Shown: positions 1-12,851 of the stretch, piece after piece
Position numbering within the stretch: the stretch's first letter is position 1
How the letters are laid out: the number at the start of each line of letters is the position of its first letter
Assembly (NCBI GenBank): GCA_964016885.1
Contig: OZ024743.1
Span: forward strand, 293,260,001 to 293,324,000
DNA: 64,000 nucleotides
Direction: 5' to 3'
Source: Eledone cirrhosa
Lineage: Eukaryota
Notes under the pieces: model-generated
Database searches by the model: none
What the model was told of the DNA's origin: nothing
Seen by the model: the letters and a program-made list of their open reading frames with translations, nothing else
Translations under genes and position numbers: made by a program

Positions 1-57
<57 letters not shown>
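1..57. repeat. (TA)n microsatellite
   Basis: Near-pure TA dinucleotide run at the window start. Confidence 0.95.
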
Positions 58-60
<3 letters not shown>

Positions 61-487
61 AAAATAATCTCTTTTCTTTTTAAAGTCCCTTTATGGTGAT
101 GAGAGGCTTCGCTTAGGATTGCAAAAAGTGACACATGCACATACATTCATTCACACACTCATATACATATTCACACTCCTACATCCTGGTGGAAATCCAG
201 TGAATTTCCATAAATTAACATAAATTATAGCAAGAGAGGACAGGAAGTGATGGTCTACAATTGTCTGTAGTTATTCCTGGTTTTGTAAACTGACTCAGTT
301 CTCTTCTCCCATGAACATCACCATTAACCCACTGAAGATTATATATATATATATATATATATATTGTGTGTGCGTGTGGACACAAATGAGTGTTTTTCTT
401 AGCATGCTGCTGGCCTGCCAACCACAGTGAAGCAAAATGGCTGACTGTATATATATATATATATAAACAATATGCCCCCCCCCCCCC

Positions 488-752
488 ACCGCAAGGTGGT
501 CGTGGAGGTGCCACGGCAAAAAAGCACCCAGCCCACACTGTAAAGTGGACGTGTAGGCGCCACGAAAAAGCACCCAGCACTCACTGTAAATGAGGTTGGT
601 GTTAGGAAGGGCATCCAGCTGTAGAAATCAAGCCAGATCAGTTCCTGTATGAGCAAGGCATGGTCAGCCGACCAGACACTGCCCACAACAGGACAACCCG
701 TCTAACCCATGCTAGCGTGGAAGAACGGACGTAAAACGGTGATGATGATGAT
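488..752 (+). mobile_element. 3' half of octopus-type tRNA-derived SINE (family A) with LINE-like tail ending in (GAT)n
   Basis: Shares TGTTAGGAAGGGCATCCAGCTGTAGAAA ... CCCATGCTAGCGTGGAA..CGGACGTAAAA-(GAT)n with many copies in the window; close reverse-complement match to 9068-9320. Confidence 0.85.
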
Positions 753-944
753 ATATATATATATAGTCACCACAATATCTGTAGTAGTTATTTCTATTAG
801 GGCAACTATATTTTTTATTTAAGGCCATCTCTCTCCTTCACCCTCTTCCTCAGCAAGCAATATGTAGCTTAACCCCTACTCTCATCACCCCACTCCTATC
901 ATCATTTTTTCCAGTATGGCCAGGGACATAATGACCTCTCTAGT

Positions 945-1305
945 GCTAAAAAGTGATAGTGCTTGTGCCACAATAAAATGCACCCAGCCCACTGTGTAAA
1001 GAGGTAGTTCTGGTACTATGATAAAAAGCACCTAGTCTCCCTGGTATATACTGTGAAGTGGTGGACATTAGTAAGGGTCTCCAGCTGTAGAAACCATAAA
1101 GGTAAGAAGCTGATATTTCATATTGGACCAAGGAAACTGCCTGTTGGTCTTTCCATTGCTGGTACTATTTCTTAGGTGTAACTCCTGACACAATTGAATA
1201 TATGTTAGTGTTAACATTATCAAAATATATGTAGTAGTGCTGGTGACATGAGAAAAAGCACCTAGCCCACTCTGTAAGGTGGTAGTGTTGATACCACGAC
1301 AAAAA
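945..1305 (+). mobile_element. Decayed family A SINE pieces with several internal ~45 bp subrepeats
   Basis: Repeated degenerate GTGCCAC..AAAAGCACCCAGCCCAC..TGTAAAG units and a diverged TTAGTAAGGGTCTCCAGCTGTAGAAACC tail motif. Confidence 0.6.
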
Positions 1306-1987
1306 TATCATCACTTCCTTTCTGATAATAGGAAGCCTTATAATAGAAACTCTGAACGCACAGAACGAGAAGAGTTAACAAAAGTATCTTGTATTGCACC
1401 ATTTCATTGACCCACAGGCTCCAGAGATATACAGAGGACCCCAGGATGTAGGACTAGGTTGACTACCTCCTTTCACACTCTCCCCTATCATTATGGGATC
1501 TAATTTCCCATATCATGTTGAGAATCAATTCCCTCCACCCTTCACACACACTTACTCATCCTCTCCATCTCACATTATTTCTGGTTCTTTCGCTTCATAG
1601 ATATCATAAATATGTATGCATATTATATATATATATATATATAATGTGTGTGTATTTGCATATACTTGTGTGTATGTATTTTTTAATGTTTTTCTTTGAG
1701 TGTATTCATATATTTGTGTGTAGGGGTTCCAATATTATGCATAGACCTACACACATGAAATACATATATGATATTTATAATTAATAGTGACTGTATTGCT
1801 GGCTTCTCAAACTTTAATATATATATACATAAACATTTAAAGCCAGTATATGTGTGTGTGTGTGTGTATATAGACACACACAAGCAGCACTAATAGAAAG
1901 TGCTGGTTTCATGTATGAAAAAATAAAAATTGGATATTGACTTAGATGTGTATATGTTTGTCTAATTATATATATATATATATATAT

Positions 1988-2165
1988 ATCATCATCATCA
2001 TCGTTTAATGTCTATCTTCCACGCTAGCATGTGTTTAGACAGGAATTGCCCCTCTTGAGGCAAGATTGGTCGGGATACCGTGTCTCACTCTTATAGGACT
2101 GTCAGGCAGGTTTTTTTACGGTTGGATGCCCTTCCTAACACCAACCACGTTTACAGTGTGGACTC
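1988..2165 (-). mobile_element. Family A SINE 3' portion (reverse)
   Basis: (ATC)n then TTCCACGCTAGCATG and GGATGCCCTTCCTAACACCAACC, the reverse complement of the family tail. Confidence 0.8.
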
Positions 2166-2214
2166 GTGTGTGTGTATATATATATATATATAAATAAAAT
2201 GTGTGTGTGTATGT

Positions 2215-2468
2215 TACGTTGGTACCACAAAACATCCAGCCCACTCTGTCAAGTGGTCATGTAGGTGTCACGACAAAAAGCACCCAGCACACACTGTAAA
2301 TGGGTTGGCTCTAGGAAGGGTAACCAGCCGTAGAAAATCAGCCAGAAACACTCCTATATGAGCAAGACATGGTCAACCACCCAACCCAACTTGTCTCTAA
2401 ATGGGACAAACCTGTCTAACCCATGCTAGCGTGGAAGATGGATGTTAGATGATGATGATGATGATGAT
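2215..2468 (+). mobile_element. Family A SINE 3' portion
   Basis: AAAAAGCACCCAGCACACACTGTAAATGGGTTGG..AGGAAGGG..AACCCATGCTAGCGTGGAAGATGGATGTTA-(GAT)n. Confidence 0.8.
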
Positions 2469-2904
2469 ATATATATATATATATCGTCACATTTAACCAT
2501 TTTCCATGCTAGCTATATATATATATTTCTGTTCTTACACTCATGTCTAGATTTGATTTCTGTGTCTGGTGTATGTTTAATTTGTTTGTGTATATGTGTA
2601 GTAATTGATGTGTATATATTTCTGTGTGTATGTGATTAGAATGATTAAATATGATTAGCAGTTAAGTAGAACTAAGAGAGAGAAAAAGAGACATATACAG
2701 AGAGAGACATATATGTGTGATGTTGGAGATGGTGAAGAAGAGACATGTGGTTTAACTTAAGTGTTGGCCTTGAACTCAGTGAAACATGGGGCTAAGAGAT
2801 CGAGGTTGTGTGAGGAGAATTATACAGTCTTACACTTAACTACAAGAAGAAAAAAAGCAATTTTGGGTGTATACTCAGCAAAATGTAATTTTGTACATCT
2901 ATAT

Positions 2905-3096
2905 TATGTGGGTCGGCTGAAAAGCTCATAGGGCTGACCAATATACTCTCATGGAATTACCAAATGAGGTTTGTTTTTCAATATAGTCACTGGAAAGAAA
3001 CAATGCAATTATAAATAAGAAGAGTTGAGAATTATGGATGCAAGATTTCGCAGCACTAGTGTATTCAGCCTATAAACTTTTCAGCTGAGCCTTGTA
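2905..3096. mobile_element. Mariner/Tc1-type MITE (internally deleted)
   Basis: Imperfect ~30 bp terminal inverted repeats TATGTGGGTCGGCTGAAAAGCTCATAGGGCTGA / TCAGCCTATAAACTTTTCAGCTGAGCCTTGTA, bounded by TA dinucleotides. Confidence 0.7.
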
Positions 3097-4695
3097 TATT
3101 ATGGTTGCAGTGAGACTGAGTTAAAAAGTTTGCTTCACAACCATGAGCTTTAACTCCACTGCTTTGTAGCCTCTTGTTGACTCACAGCTCATGAGTGAAA
3201 CTGGGTAGACAAAAGGCAATATTGTAAAACTAGTGGCAGAATGTTTGGTTCGGTTATATTTGCACTCAAGTGGTTCTGGGTTCTTTTACCATAGCCTAAG
3301 TCTGACTCAAGTTTTGTTATACAAACTGTGATACTTAAGAAAAATAAGAACAGAGTTCCAAAGATAGAATTGAATGTGTGTGTGAATGTATTTTTTAAAA
3401 TCAATTGACAACCAAAGAGGTACTTCAAATAATTTTATTAATGGCATTTTATTAATGTCTACGCTTGTTTCAACTTCAATATTAATGCATAATACGAAAG
3501 CATTATCTGGACATTAATTCAGAATTTGGATGATGTGAGTCCCAAAGAAATATAAAAATCATAGTCAATACAGTAGATAGAGATAGAAAGGTTTAAAAAA
3601 AAATTTTTTTTTAAAGAAATTCAGAGTAAGTTATTTTGCCTCAGGGGATGCACAAACAAAGCAATTACTTAATTGTGCTAAATGTGCTCCCTGAGATAAA
3701 GTAATTTTCTCTGTATTTATTTATTTGAGGTTTGTATCTATGGTTTGAGGTGTGTGTAGGGTTTGAGAGTGGAGGAATGGGAATGTAAGTGGGTCAATAT
3801 TCAACATTGGTATGTCTTCATCAGATACCAGCAGTTAAGCTTACAAGATATATATATATATATCATATATGTGTCATCTTGTCTGTAGTATTTCCTTGGA
3901 TAAGACACCAGTCTATCTTCTACTACTCCAGTAAATGCAAGCCTATAGCAGATCCAGGCATGTGGTTTTACTTAACAATCCTGTATGTAACCAGTTTCAG
4001 TTCCATTTCTCTCTGACTAATTTCCAAATATCACATACATATATGTTTGTCTCTAACATTCCTTGTCCTTTTTACTCTTCTTTTCTGCCCTTTGTTTATA
4101 TCCTTCCCCTTTATCCTCATGATCACTCTTTTTCACACTAATTTGATATTACATTAACTGCTAATTCCTCACCCCAATGTATCTATATACCTATTTTTCT
4201 ATCTACTTTACTACGAACTAACTACCTCCCTCCAAATGTCAGCCATGTTGTTTTCTTTATAAACAATACTATATGTGTATGTATGCTGGATGTGTGTATA
4301 TATGTATTTTGTATGTATGTATATTGTATGGAAGGATAGATATAAGCCTAAAATTAACAGCTGTGTATCATAAAACTTGGGTCAGTTTCAGGTGGCTTGG
4401 TATCAAAAGGATTAAACAAGAGGAATTCGTCATTGGGATGTAAACCATAATAAAATAGATTCTATATAGATTAGCTACAATTAATATAAAAAACAAAATA
4501 TATATATATATTTTCATGACTGGATTGGTTTTGATCAAGGGTTTGGTCATTCAGTGTTGATCCAGATATAAATAAGTGTTCAATATACCCCCCCCCCCCC
4601 CCTCCCCCTCTCTCTCTCTCTCTCTCTCTCTCCACACACATGTATATACAGTGGAAGCTCGGTTCATGTAATTTGGTCTTGAAATGAGGTCCCAC

Positions 4696-4726
<31 letters not shown>

Positions 4727-5659
4727 CCCTTTGTTTGTTCACACCATCACAACCAGCAACCACACTTCCACTCTCCTCCATGAGCTATACTATATTACAA
4801 TAAGACACTTTCCTCATTGTTTCTTAATGTTTGTTTATAAACATACACACCCTCTCTTTGTGTGTATGTAATATATATGTACATACATATAAAGATATGT
4901 ATGCATTCTCGCTTTGTGTGTGTGGGTGTGTGTACATGCGCACGCGCACGCACGCGCGCGCATATATATATGTATGTGTACCATCCACCTCATCTCAATA
5001 AACATTCTCTATGTAACACCTTACATCACTTCCTTCCTTTCTTCTTTCATTACACATCTTTCTCCTCCTCCTCTTACCACCCCTCTCTTTATACTTATTT
5101 CCAACCATCCAACACTCCAGCTCGCACCCCTCTACCTATACCTATTCTATAAACAACACTGTATAATAACAGTAGCAACAACAATATAAACCATGAAAAC
5201 GTTTTTTCTCCTCCTCTTTATTCTTTTCATCAAACATACTCACCAAATGTCATTGAGTACATTTCTACATCCCCCTCACCGCCACCTTACCCTGGGGAAT
5301 GTCATGTGGGTTTGGTTTGGGTGGATGTGTCTGTGGGTTTGATTGGTTGGGTTAGTTACTGGCTGGCTGGTTGAGAGGCTGGGCAGTTATAGTGTATTGT
5401 TTGTGATTTGTTATATATATATATATATATGTATGACTATTGTTAAATAGCTCTTTTGTAAACACAGACACGCATGCTCACAATTACTAGAGTATCAATA
5501 TAATATATAGATATTGACAATTTATGCATACACTATATTGTGTGAATGAATATAGATCTAGATGTATACATATATATAGGTGTGTGTGTGTGTGTATATA
5601 TACACATACATACACATGCACACACATATATTGATAAATATCACTACCTATAAAAGCTT

Positions 5660-6300
5660 AAAACAATTGTAGGTTATAAGTCAAAGCCATTCAATGTGGG
5701 TGTCAGGCTGCCGAGTGCTGTATGACAGGAATGAAAATCAGTGCTGCGAAGACTGAGACACTTGTCCTCTCAAGGAAGCCTGCACAAATGAAGATGGTCA
5801 AGTATCTCGGAGTAGTATTTAAGAGTGATGGAAGTCAGGAGGCTGAATTAAGTGTAAGAATTGCAGGAGCTGGTGCAGTAATGCACCAGCTCCAGCTTCA
5901 GCATTTAGTCAATGGAAGAAGGGAGATAGGTGTAAAAGCCAAACTTGTTATCTTCAATTCGGTATCTGTGTCAACCGTAACCTATGGTCATGAATCTTGG
6001 GTTATGACAGAAAGAATGTGATAGTGTAGCTTGGAGATCAGAGAGTAGAGCCACTACTTCTCTGAATTGAGAGATCATAGTTCCGATACTATGGTTATAT
6101 GGTCAAAATATCGCCGGATAAAATCGCTGGGTAGATTTTAGGGGCAAAACCTACTGGCAGGAGACTGGGGAGGAAATCCCAAGCAAGATGATTGGATATC
6201 ATCACTTTGATAGACACAGATGCTTCAAGCTGGATCTGCTGGAAGGCGTGTTTAAGGACTGCCCTTATGGCCCTCCCAGGAATACGTAGGCAAAGAAGAA
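5660..6300 (+). pseudogene. Decayed RTE-clade LINE (Expander/Rex3-like) RT C-terminal region
   Basis: Translates to KSKPFNVGV..., GMKISAAKTETLVLSRKP, VKYLGVVFKSDG, AKLVIFNSVSVSTVTYGHESWVMTERM, VEPLLL*IERS, ILGAKPTGRR; has stops and internal deletions. Confidence 0.85.
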
Positions 6301-6320
6301 TATATTATATCTCTCACACA

Positions 6321-6663
6321 TGGAGGCACATGGCTTAGTGGTTAGAGCATTGGCCTTGCAATCGAAAGGTTGTGAGTTCAATTCTCAGACCGGGTGATGT
6401 GTTGTTTCCTTCAGCAAGATACTTTATTTCACATTGCTCCAGTTTACTCAGCTGTAGAAATGAGATGATAGGGACTGGGGTCCCTATCATTCCACTGAAA
6501 AGTGGTCGTGGAGGTGCCACGGCAAAAAAAGCACCCAGCACTCACTGTAAATGAGGTTGGTGTTAGGAAGGGCATCCAGCTGTAGAAATCAAGCCAGAAT
6601 CAGTTCCCGTCCCACCCTTGCAAGCAGGGAAAAGTGGATGTAAAATGATGATGATGATGATGA
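6321..6663 (+). mobile_element. Full-length tRNA-derived SINE (family A)
   Basis: Pol III A box TGGCTTAGTGG and B box GAGTTCAATTC, central CACATTGCTCCAGTTTACTCAGCTG core, hairpin at 6465-6490, LINE-like tail and (GAT)n end. Confidence 0.9.
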
Positions 6664-7565
6664 CACATGCAAGCAGAGATCTATGACCAAGTGCTTTTCC
6701 TCATGCCAGTCCACTTAGTCCTTTTCATTGTTACACATTTCATTGAAAACACATCAAAGTATCTTGTACTCCATCATTTCACTGACCCTTGGTGTTAGAA
6801 AGGGCATCCAGCCATTGACACCATGAGGAACGTACAAGCAAGTTGTTGTCACCAGGTCAGTCTAGCTTCATAATTTAACAACCTGTCCAACCCACGTCAG
6901 AATGCAAAGCAGACATAAAGATAAGGAATAATGATAATGATGATGATGATTCTTCCTGGGACGATGGAGGAAATAAGTACCATTCATCACATAACACAGT
7001 CAATTTAATCATCTATAAATTTGAGACCTTGCCGTCTTGTAGTAATCATTCTGTTACGAAACTTAATACCAAAGTAGTCCTACAAGAACATGAGAATAAG
7101 TAAATCTATTATGGAAATTCCAACATTACAGTTGCAGAACTGGTGTGTTAGCAAGGGAATAAGAAAGCAACAAGGGAGATTTGTTGCTCACCGCTACCTA
7201 CTCCTTCCTTATCTTTCTCTTTACCCCCCCCCCCCCCCCCATTCTTCTCGCCCCCTCACTGTTGGAAATCTTGGAACCTTTCTTTCAAAGAAAAATTCAC
7301 TTAGTCAAGTTAAGTTCTTACCTTGATACCATCCTTTTCTTTAATACTTTTCATTGTGATGTGATGTATCAGAATGATGATCATCATCGCTATCATCACC
7401 ATATCATCATCATCACCGAACCATCACTACCATCACCATCATCGTTTTTAAGCATGGAAATGATGATGATTTTGATATATTACATCACATACAAATCATC
7501 ACTTGCCTTCCTTCTCTGTTCACCCACTCAGTATACTTCCCTTTTTCCTTCTTTCCTTCTCAATC

Positions 7566-7608
<43 letters not shown>

Positions 7609-8411
7609 CATACATACACACGCACATTCTTTTTTTTTCTAGGGGTTGTTGCTGTTGTTTTTGTTGTTTTTTGTTAATAAAGAAACAATTTTTATTTTAT
7701 TTTATTTATTTATTTATTTATTTTTTTTTTTTTCATTATTATTTATTTTATATTTTATCCTTTCAGTGATCGGCAATCTCAAGTTTTTTTTCTCTCTTCT
7801 CCCCCACTTCCCCACCCCTTACTGCCATCATGCCAATCTTCCAAGATACTTTTCTTCTTATATAATCATGTTTTTCATTCATTTTATTTCATATCTTTTC
7901 TCTTTTGACTGCTTTCGCATCTTCCTGCTCAGTTGTTTTACAGATACTTTCTTCAGTTTCCTTCATTTTCTACCCCTATTTTATTCCTTCCTTCACCACA
8001 CACTTTTAGTCTTTCCTTCGCGTTATTATTTCGTTCTCCATCTTTCACTTTTTTTTTTCATTTTATTCTCTAGCTCGTTCTTTCATCATATTTCTATTTT
8101 CAGCATCTCTAGTTTTTCCTTCACTATCTTTCTTTGTCATCCGTTTTTTTATACATTTCTCTCATTTGCATTCTTTGCTTCTTCTTTAACATTTCTTTAG
8201 TTTCACTGTATTCCAGCTACTCTGTCTTACATAATCATATCTTTTTTTTTTGTATTTTATCCTTTTTAAGCGCTTTTGATCTTCTTGCTCGGTTTTACAG
8301 ATATCATCCTCATCATATCATTTTCATTAATTTCAGTCATCATACCTTTTTTACTTTAGTTTCTCTTTCACATTATTTCTATCTCAACAACAAAAGAATA
8401 TATGCACAGGT

Positions 8412-8464
<53 letters not shown>

Positions 8465-8767
8465 TATATACATATATATGCACATATGGAGACCCAGAGA
8501 GAGACTGAGAAAATCCTTTCACCTTTTTATTTTAACCCAGTTTCTTCTTTCATCATACTTCTTCCATTTTTGACACCCTTAATCTTTCCTTCACATTTCT
8601 TTCTTCTCCTTCTTTCACTTTTTCTGTCATTTTATCCTTGCTTCTTTCACTTTAAACATCTTCAGTTTTTCCTTCATTTTTATTAACTCTCTCTTAATAA
8701 TTTTATAAATCTCATCCAGGTTACATTTGACTTTCTCATTCGAGGGATGGATTTTAACCCTGTGTTA

Positions 8768-8890
8768 TAGGTGCAGGCATGGCTGTGTGGTTAATAAGTT
8801 CACTTTCCAACTACATGGTTTTGTGTTCAGTTCTACTGTAAGGCACCTTGGACAAGTGTCTTCTACTATAGATTTGGGCCAACCCCTTCA
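8768..8890 (+). mobile_element. Decayed tRNA-derived SINE head (family C)
   Basis: GCAGGCATGGCTGTGTGGTTAATAAGTTC..GTTCAGTTC..GGCACCTTGGACAAGTGTCTTCTACTATAG; related copies near 26500-26690 and 29150-29266. Confidence 0.65.
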
Positions 8891-9067
8891 TTGTGAGTAC
8901 TCACTTTTGGGCAAGTCTTTTGCAAGATTTACTCCCAGTTTTTACTGCCATAGACTGGAGCAATGTGAAATGAAGTGTCTTGCTCAAGAACAGTGTGCCA
9001 CTAGGTTTGCCAATCAAGCCTATAAACTACCAATCACGAGACCACACACACACATATATATATATAT

Positions 9068-9494
9068 ATCATCATCATTATCATCACCACCGTTTTACGT
9101 CCGTTCTTCCACGCTAGCATGGGTTAGACTGGTTGTCCTGTTGTGGGCAGTGTCCAGTCGGGAACTGATTCTGGCTTGATTTCTACAGCTGGATGCCCTT
9201 CCTAACACCAACCTAATTTACAGTGAGTGGTGGGTGCTTTTTTGCCGTGGCACCTACACGTCCACTTTACAGTGTGGGCTGGGTGTTTTTTTGCCGTGGC
9301 ACCTCCACGACCACTTTGCAGTGGAATGATAGGGACCCCAGTCCTATCGTCTCATTTCTACAGCTGAGTAAACTGGAGCAATGTGAAATAAAGTATCTTG
9401 TTCAAGGAAACAACACATCGCCCGGTCCAAGAATTGAACTCACAACCTTTCGATTGTAAGCCCAACACTCTAACCATTAAGCCATGCACCTTCA
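9068..9494 (-). mobile_element. Full-length family A SINE (reverse)
   Basis: Reverse complement of 6321-6663 and 488-752, including A/B boxes, hairpin and tail. Confidence 0.9.
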
Positions 9495-9899
9495 CTACAC
9501 ACACACACACACACACACACACATTTTCAAGAAATAAAGAAAATCTCTAATATAAGAGAAAAGCTGTTGAAAACAGTTTTGGAAAAGCAAGTTGAAATAC
9601 CTCTTATAGATGGAATAGGTGTCCAGCAGCTGCCGCAGAGATTTGATCTCTGTGCCATTAAGCTAAATGACTCCTTACAACAGATGCTGTCTTTTATAAT
9701 GCTCAATATCTGTTGTTACCGGTTGTTTAGCTGAACGAAACAGAATGCTACTCTCCACATTTTCCCCTCTATAGAGCTATTTTCCTATATTTGAGATTTT
9801 CTTAATTTCTATAAATATTTCAACTCTTTCAACACTTCACAATGTTTATTTACAAAAAAAAAAAAAAAAAAAATAATTTCTCACATTTGAAACATAAAG

Positions 9900-10210
9900 T
9901 CACGAAGAATGACCTTAGGATTTGCACCTGGAAAGTTTACCTTCTGATGCATAAATCCAGGCAAGGTGCTTTTGTGAATGTGACAAGCAGTCTCCTCTCT
10001 CCATGCCACCAATGTTGTCCAAAGGAAAGGTTAAAGCCAATACAGCTTGGAACCAGTATGTTGCAACTCATTTCTACAGCTGAGTGAACTGGAGCAAAGT
10101 GAAATAAAGTGTCTTGCTTAAGAACACAACACATTGCCTAGTTCAGGATTCAAACTGACAGCCTCATTATCGTGAATCTGATACTCTAAACACTAAGCTA
10201 TGCACCTTCA
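9900..10210 (-). mobile_element. tRNA-derived SINE with the family A head/core but a different 3' part
   Basis: Reverse strand reads GAAGGTGCATAGCTTAGTGTTTAGAG..AAGACACTTTATTTCACTTTGCTCCAGTTCACTCAGCTGTAGAAATGAG, then non-family-A sequence. Confidence 0.7.
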
Positions 10211-10397
10211 CGTGTACAGCCATACATATCTGCCCTCCCACCTCTACCAACAGATTTCTTCATCTTTCCTTTTTTTTCATAACCCCTACACAATTCCATC
10301 AATAGATTTTTCTTTATCAACTCAAGCATTTCACAATCTCTATGGCTAAACTCTTACATGCTCACATGCAAAGATGTCTGTCAAATATACACACAGA

Positions 10398-10435
<38 letters not shown>

Positions 10436-11111
10436 AGTGTAGATGCACACATTTTTATAGATGCTCATTGACTAAACATAGATACATACACATATACACA
10501 TACATAGCTGCATATATACTAATATATATGTATGTATATTTTTGTATATGCTCATTGACTTTACATAGATACATACACACATATATATACATAGATAGTA
10601 GCATATATACTAAAATATGTATATATATATACACACACACACACTGGCTCACACACGCACATCCACTCAAAACCAACGTCACACATGCTTACTCTCATAT
10701 ATATTAATACCAATGCATAGACACACCTGTACATACGCAAAAAAACAGCCTCTCATATATGCACATACATACACATATACCAATACATACACATGCACAC
10801 AAGCACACTTAGCCATATTTTTTTATTTATTTAATTCCATTGCAATCATTTTTTAGCACTTTTAAATTATTTTATCTTCTCTCCCCACCTTCGCCCCATT
10901 TATTTTCTCTCACTCTTTCTCACTATCTCTTTCTCTCTCTAAGTCAATCTGTCTCTTTCTTTTAACCACCTTTTTCTCCCCCTCCCCCCGCTCCCTGCTC
11001 TCTCACTATTTATTTATTTATTCTTTTTAACAATCTTATCTTCCCCTCTGATATTCAGACTCTTTGCTCTTCTCTGCAATGTTTGAATTATGAAAAATGT
11101 GTGCGAATATG

Positions 11112-11175
<64 letters not shown>

Positions 11176-11341
11176 CTGTGTCTATGTATACACATGTATG
11201 TGTATACACTCAAACAAACTCATACATTTCTTTTTTTTATAAAGTAGTTAAAGTGGGTTCCATGCCTATGCTCTTTACTTTCTTTCTCTCCCTTTCTCTT
11301 ATTCTATCATCCATTTCATCATTATTTCCTCTTTCTCATTA

Positions 11342-11450
11342 TTTCCCGCCGAGGTTAACTTTGCCTTTCATCGTTACGGGGTTGATAAAATAAAGTACCA
11401 GTAATGCACTGGGTAATTGCTGGCCTTGTACCTAAAGTAGAAACAATTAT
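11342..11450 (+). mobile_element. 5'-truncated SINE family B (MetaSINE-like domain)
   Basis: CCCGCCGAGGTTAACTTTGCCTTTCATC..GGGGTTGATAAAATAAAGTACCAG..AGTAGAAACAATTAT; flanked by an ATTATTTCC direct repeat (TSD). Confidence 0.85.
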
Positions 11451-12108
11451 TTCCTCTCTCTACTCTATACATCTATCTATTTATCCAAGCCTTGCCAGCA
11501 AAGAAAAGCATCAGTAAAATGATGATGATTATCCACATATGTGTATATATATATATATATCATTTAAAATTGAACAGGGACAGAACAGAGAGGCAGTACA
11601 ATAAATGTTTATTAAATTCACGCTCAGGAGAGTGGGGGGTATATATATATATATATAATCATCGTTTTTGTTTAATATGTCTGTGTGTGTGTCTGTATAT
11701 ATACATTTGTGTATCTGCATTTCATGTCTCTATCTGTCTATTTACCCACCTATATATTGGTCTAATTATCTATCTATCTATCAATATATTTTTCTATCTG
11801 TATATATATTTATCTATCTATCAATCTGTCTATGTATGTATCGAACTCACTCTCTCTCTCTTTCTACTTAACCTGCTACCATCCACACTACTTTTCACCC
11901 ATCCTTGTATCCCTTCATCTACCCATCCATCCATCCTTCAATTACTCAAATCTTATTAATGGCCCACCCCCCTCTCCATAGCACCGCTCACTTCCTTTAA
12001 ACTGCACATCCACTATTTTTCCCTATTCTATAACTAATACATCTCATATCACATTCTACACTTTTCTACTGGACTGGATGGTAATATTAATCATGGATAT
12101 ATATATAG

Positions 12109-12154
<46 letters not shown>

Positions 12155-12209
12155 TTACTTACATACACACACATATATATAGATATATACACATACATAG
12201 GTACACACG

Positions 12210-12248
<39 letters not shown>

Positions 12249-12811
12249 ATGTAAATATATAATTCTTCCTCAGAATGTCTCTTAACGGTTCCCTGGTCAC
12301 CTGAGAATCCCCAAACTGTCTTGGAACTGTCAGTTGTGAACTCCATAAACCTTCTCTGTTATGTGTTAAGGGATGGCGGTGTGTTAGGATTCTCATGACG
12401 ATGATAAAACTTCTCCCTTTTCACCAACCACTTTCATTCTTTTTGTTGATTACTGCATTTATATTTGATTTTTCACTACGTATGCCTCCTTTCTTTCTCC
12501 CTTCTTCTCTTCTCTTTGGGTCTCTGTATGTGCATATATATATGTATGCATGTGTATGCATACATATGTATATATTATTTTTTTCCTTTTGAGTCTCACT
12601 ATTTCCCTCTCTCTTCTGTGTCTGTCTCTCTCTCTTTTCTCTCACCCTATCGGTCTTTCTCCTTTTCCCTCTTTCCCTCTCACTATCTCCCAGCTTGCCC
12701 ATCTTCTCTCTCTCTCTCTCACCATCTGGATTCAGTGATGTAAACTGCTTTGAAGCTAATGAAATTACAACACATCTCACAAAAGCTCTACTAACACACA
12801 CACGCACACGC

Positions 12812-12851
<40 letters not shown>

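Noticed and set aside
6321-6395. tRNA-like sequence with A and B boxes
   Set aside because: It is the head of a multi-copy SINE and lacks a proper acceptor stem and Pol III terminator; not a tRNA gene.
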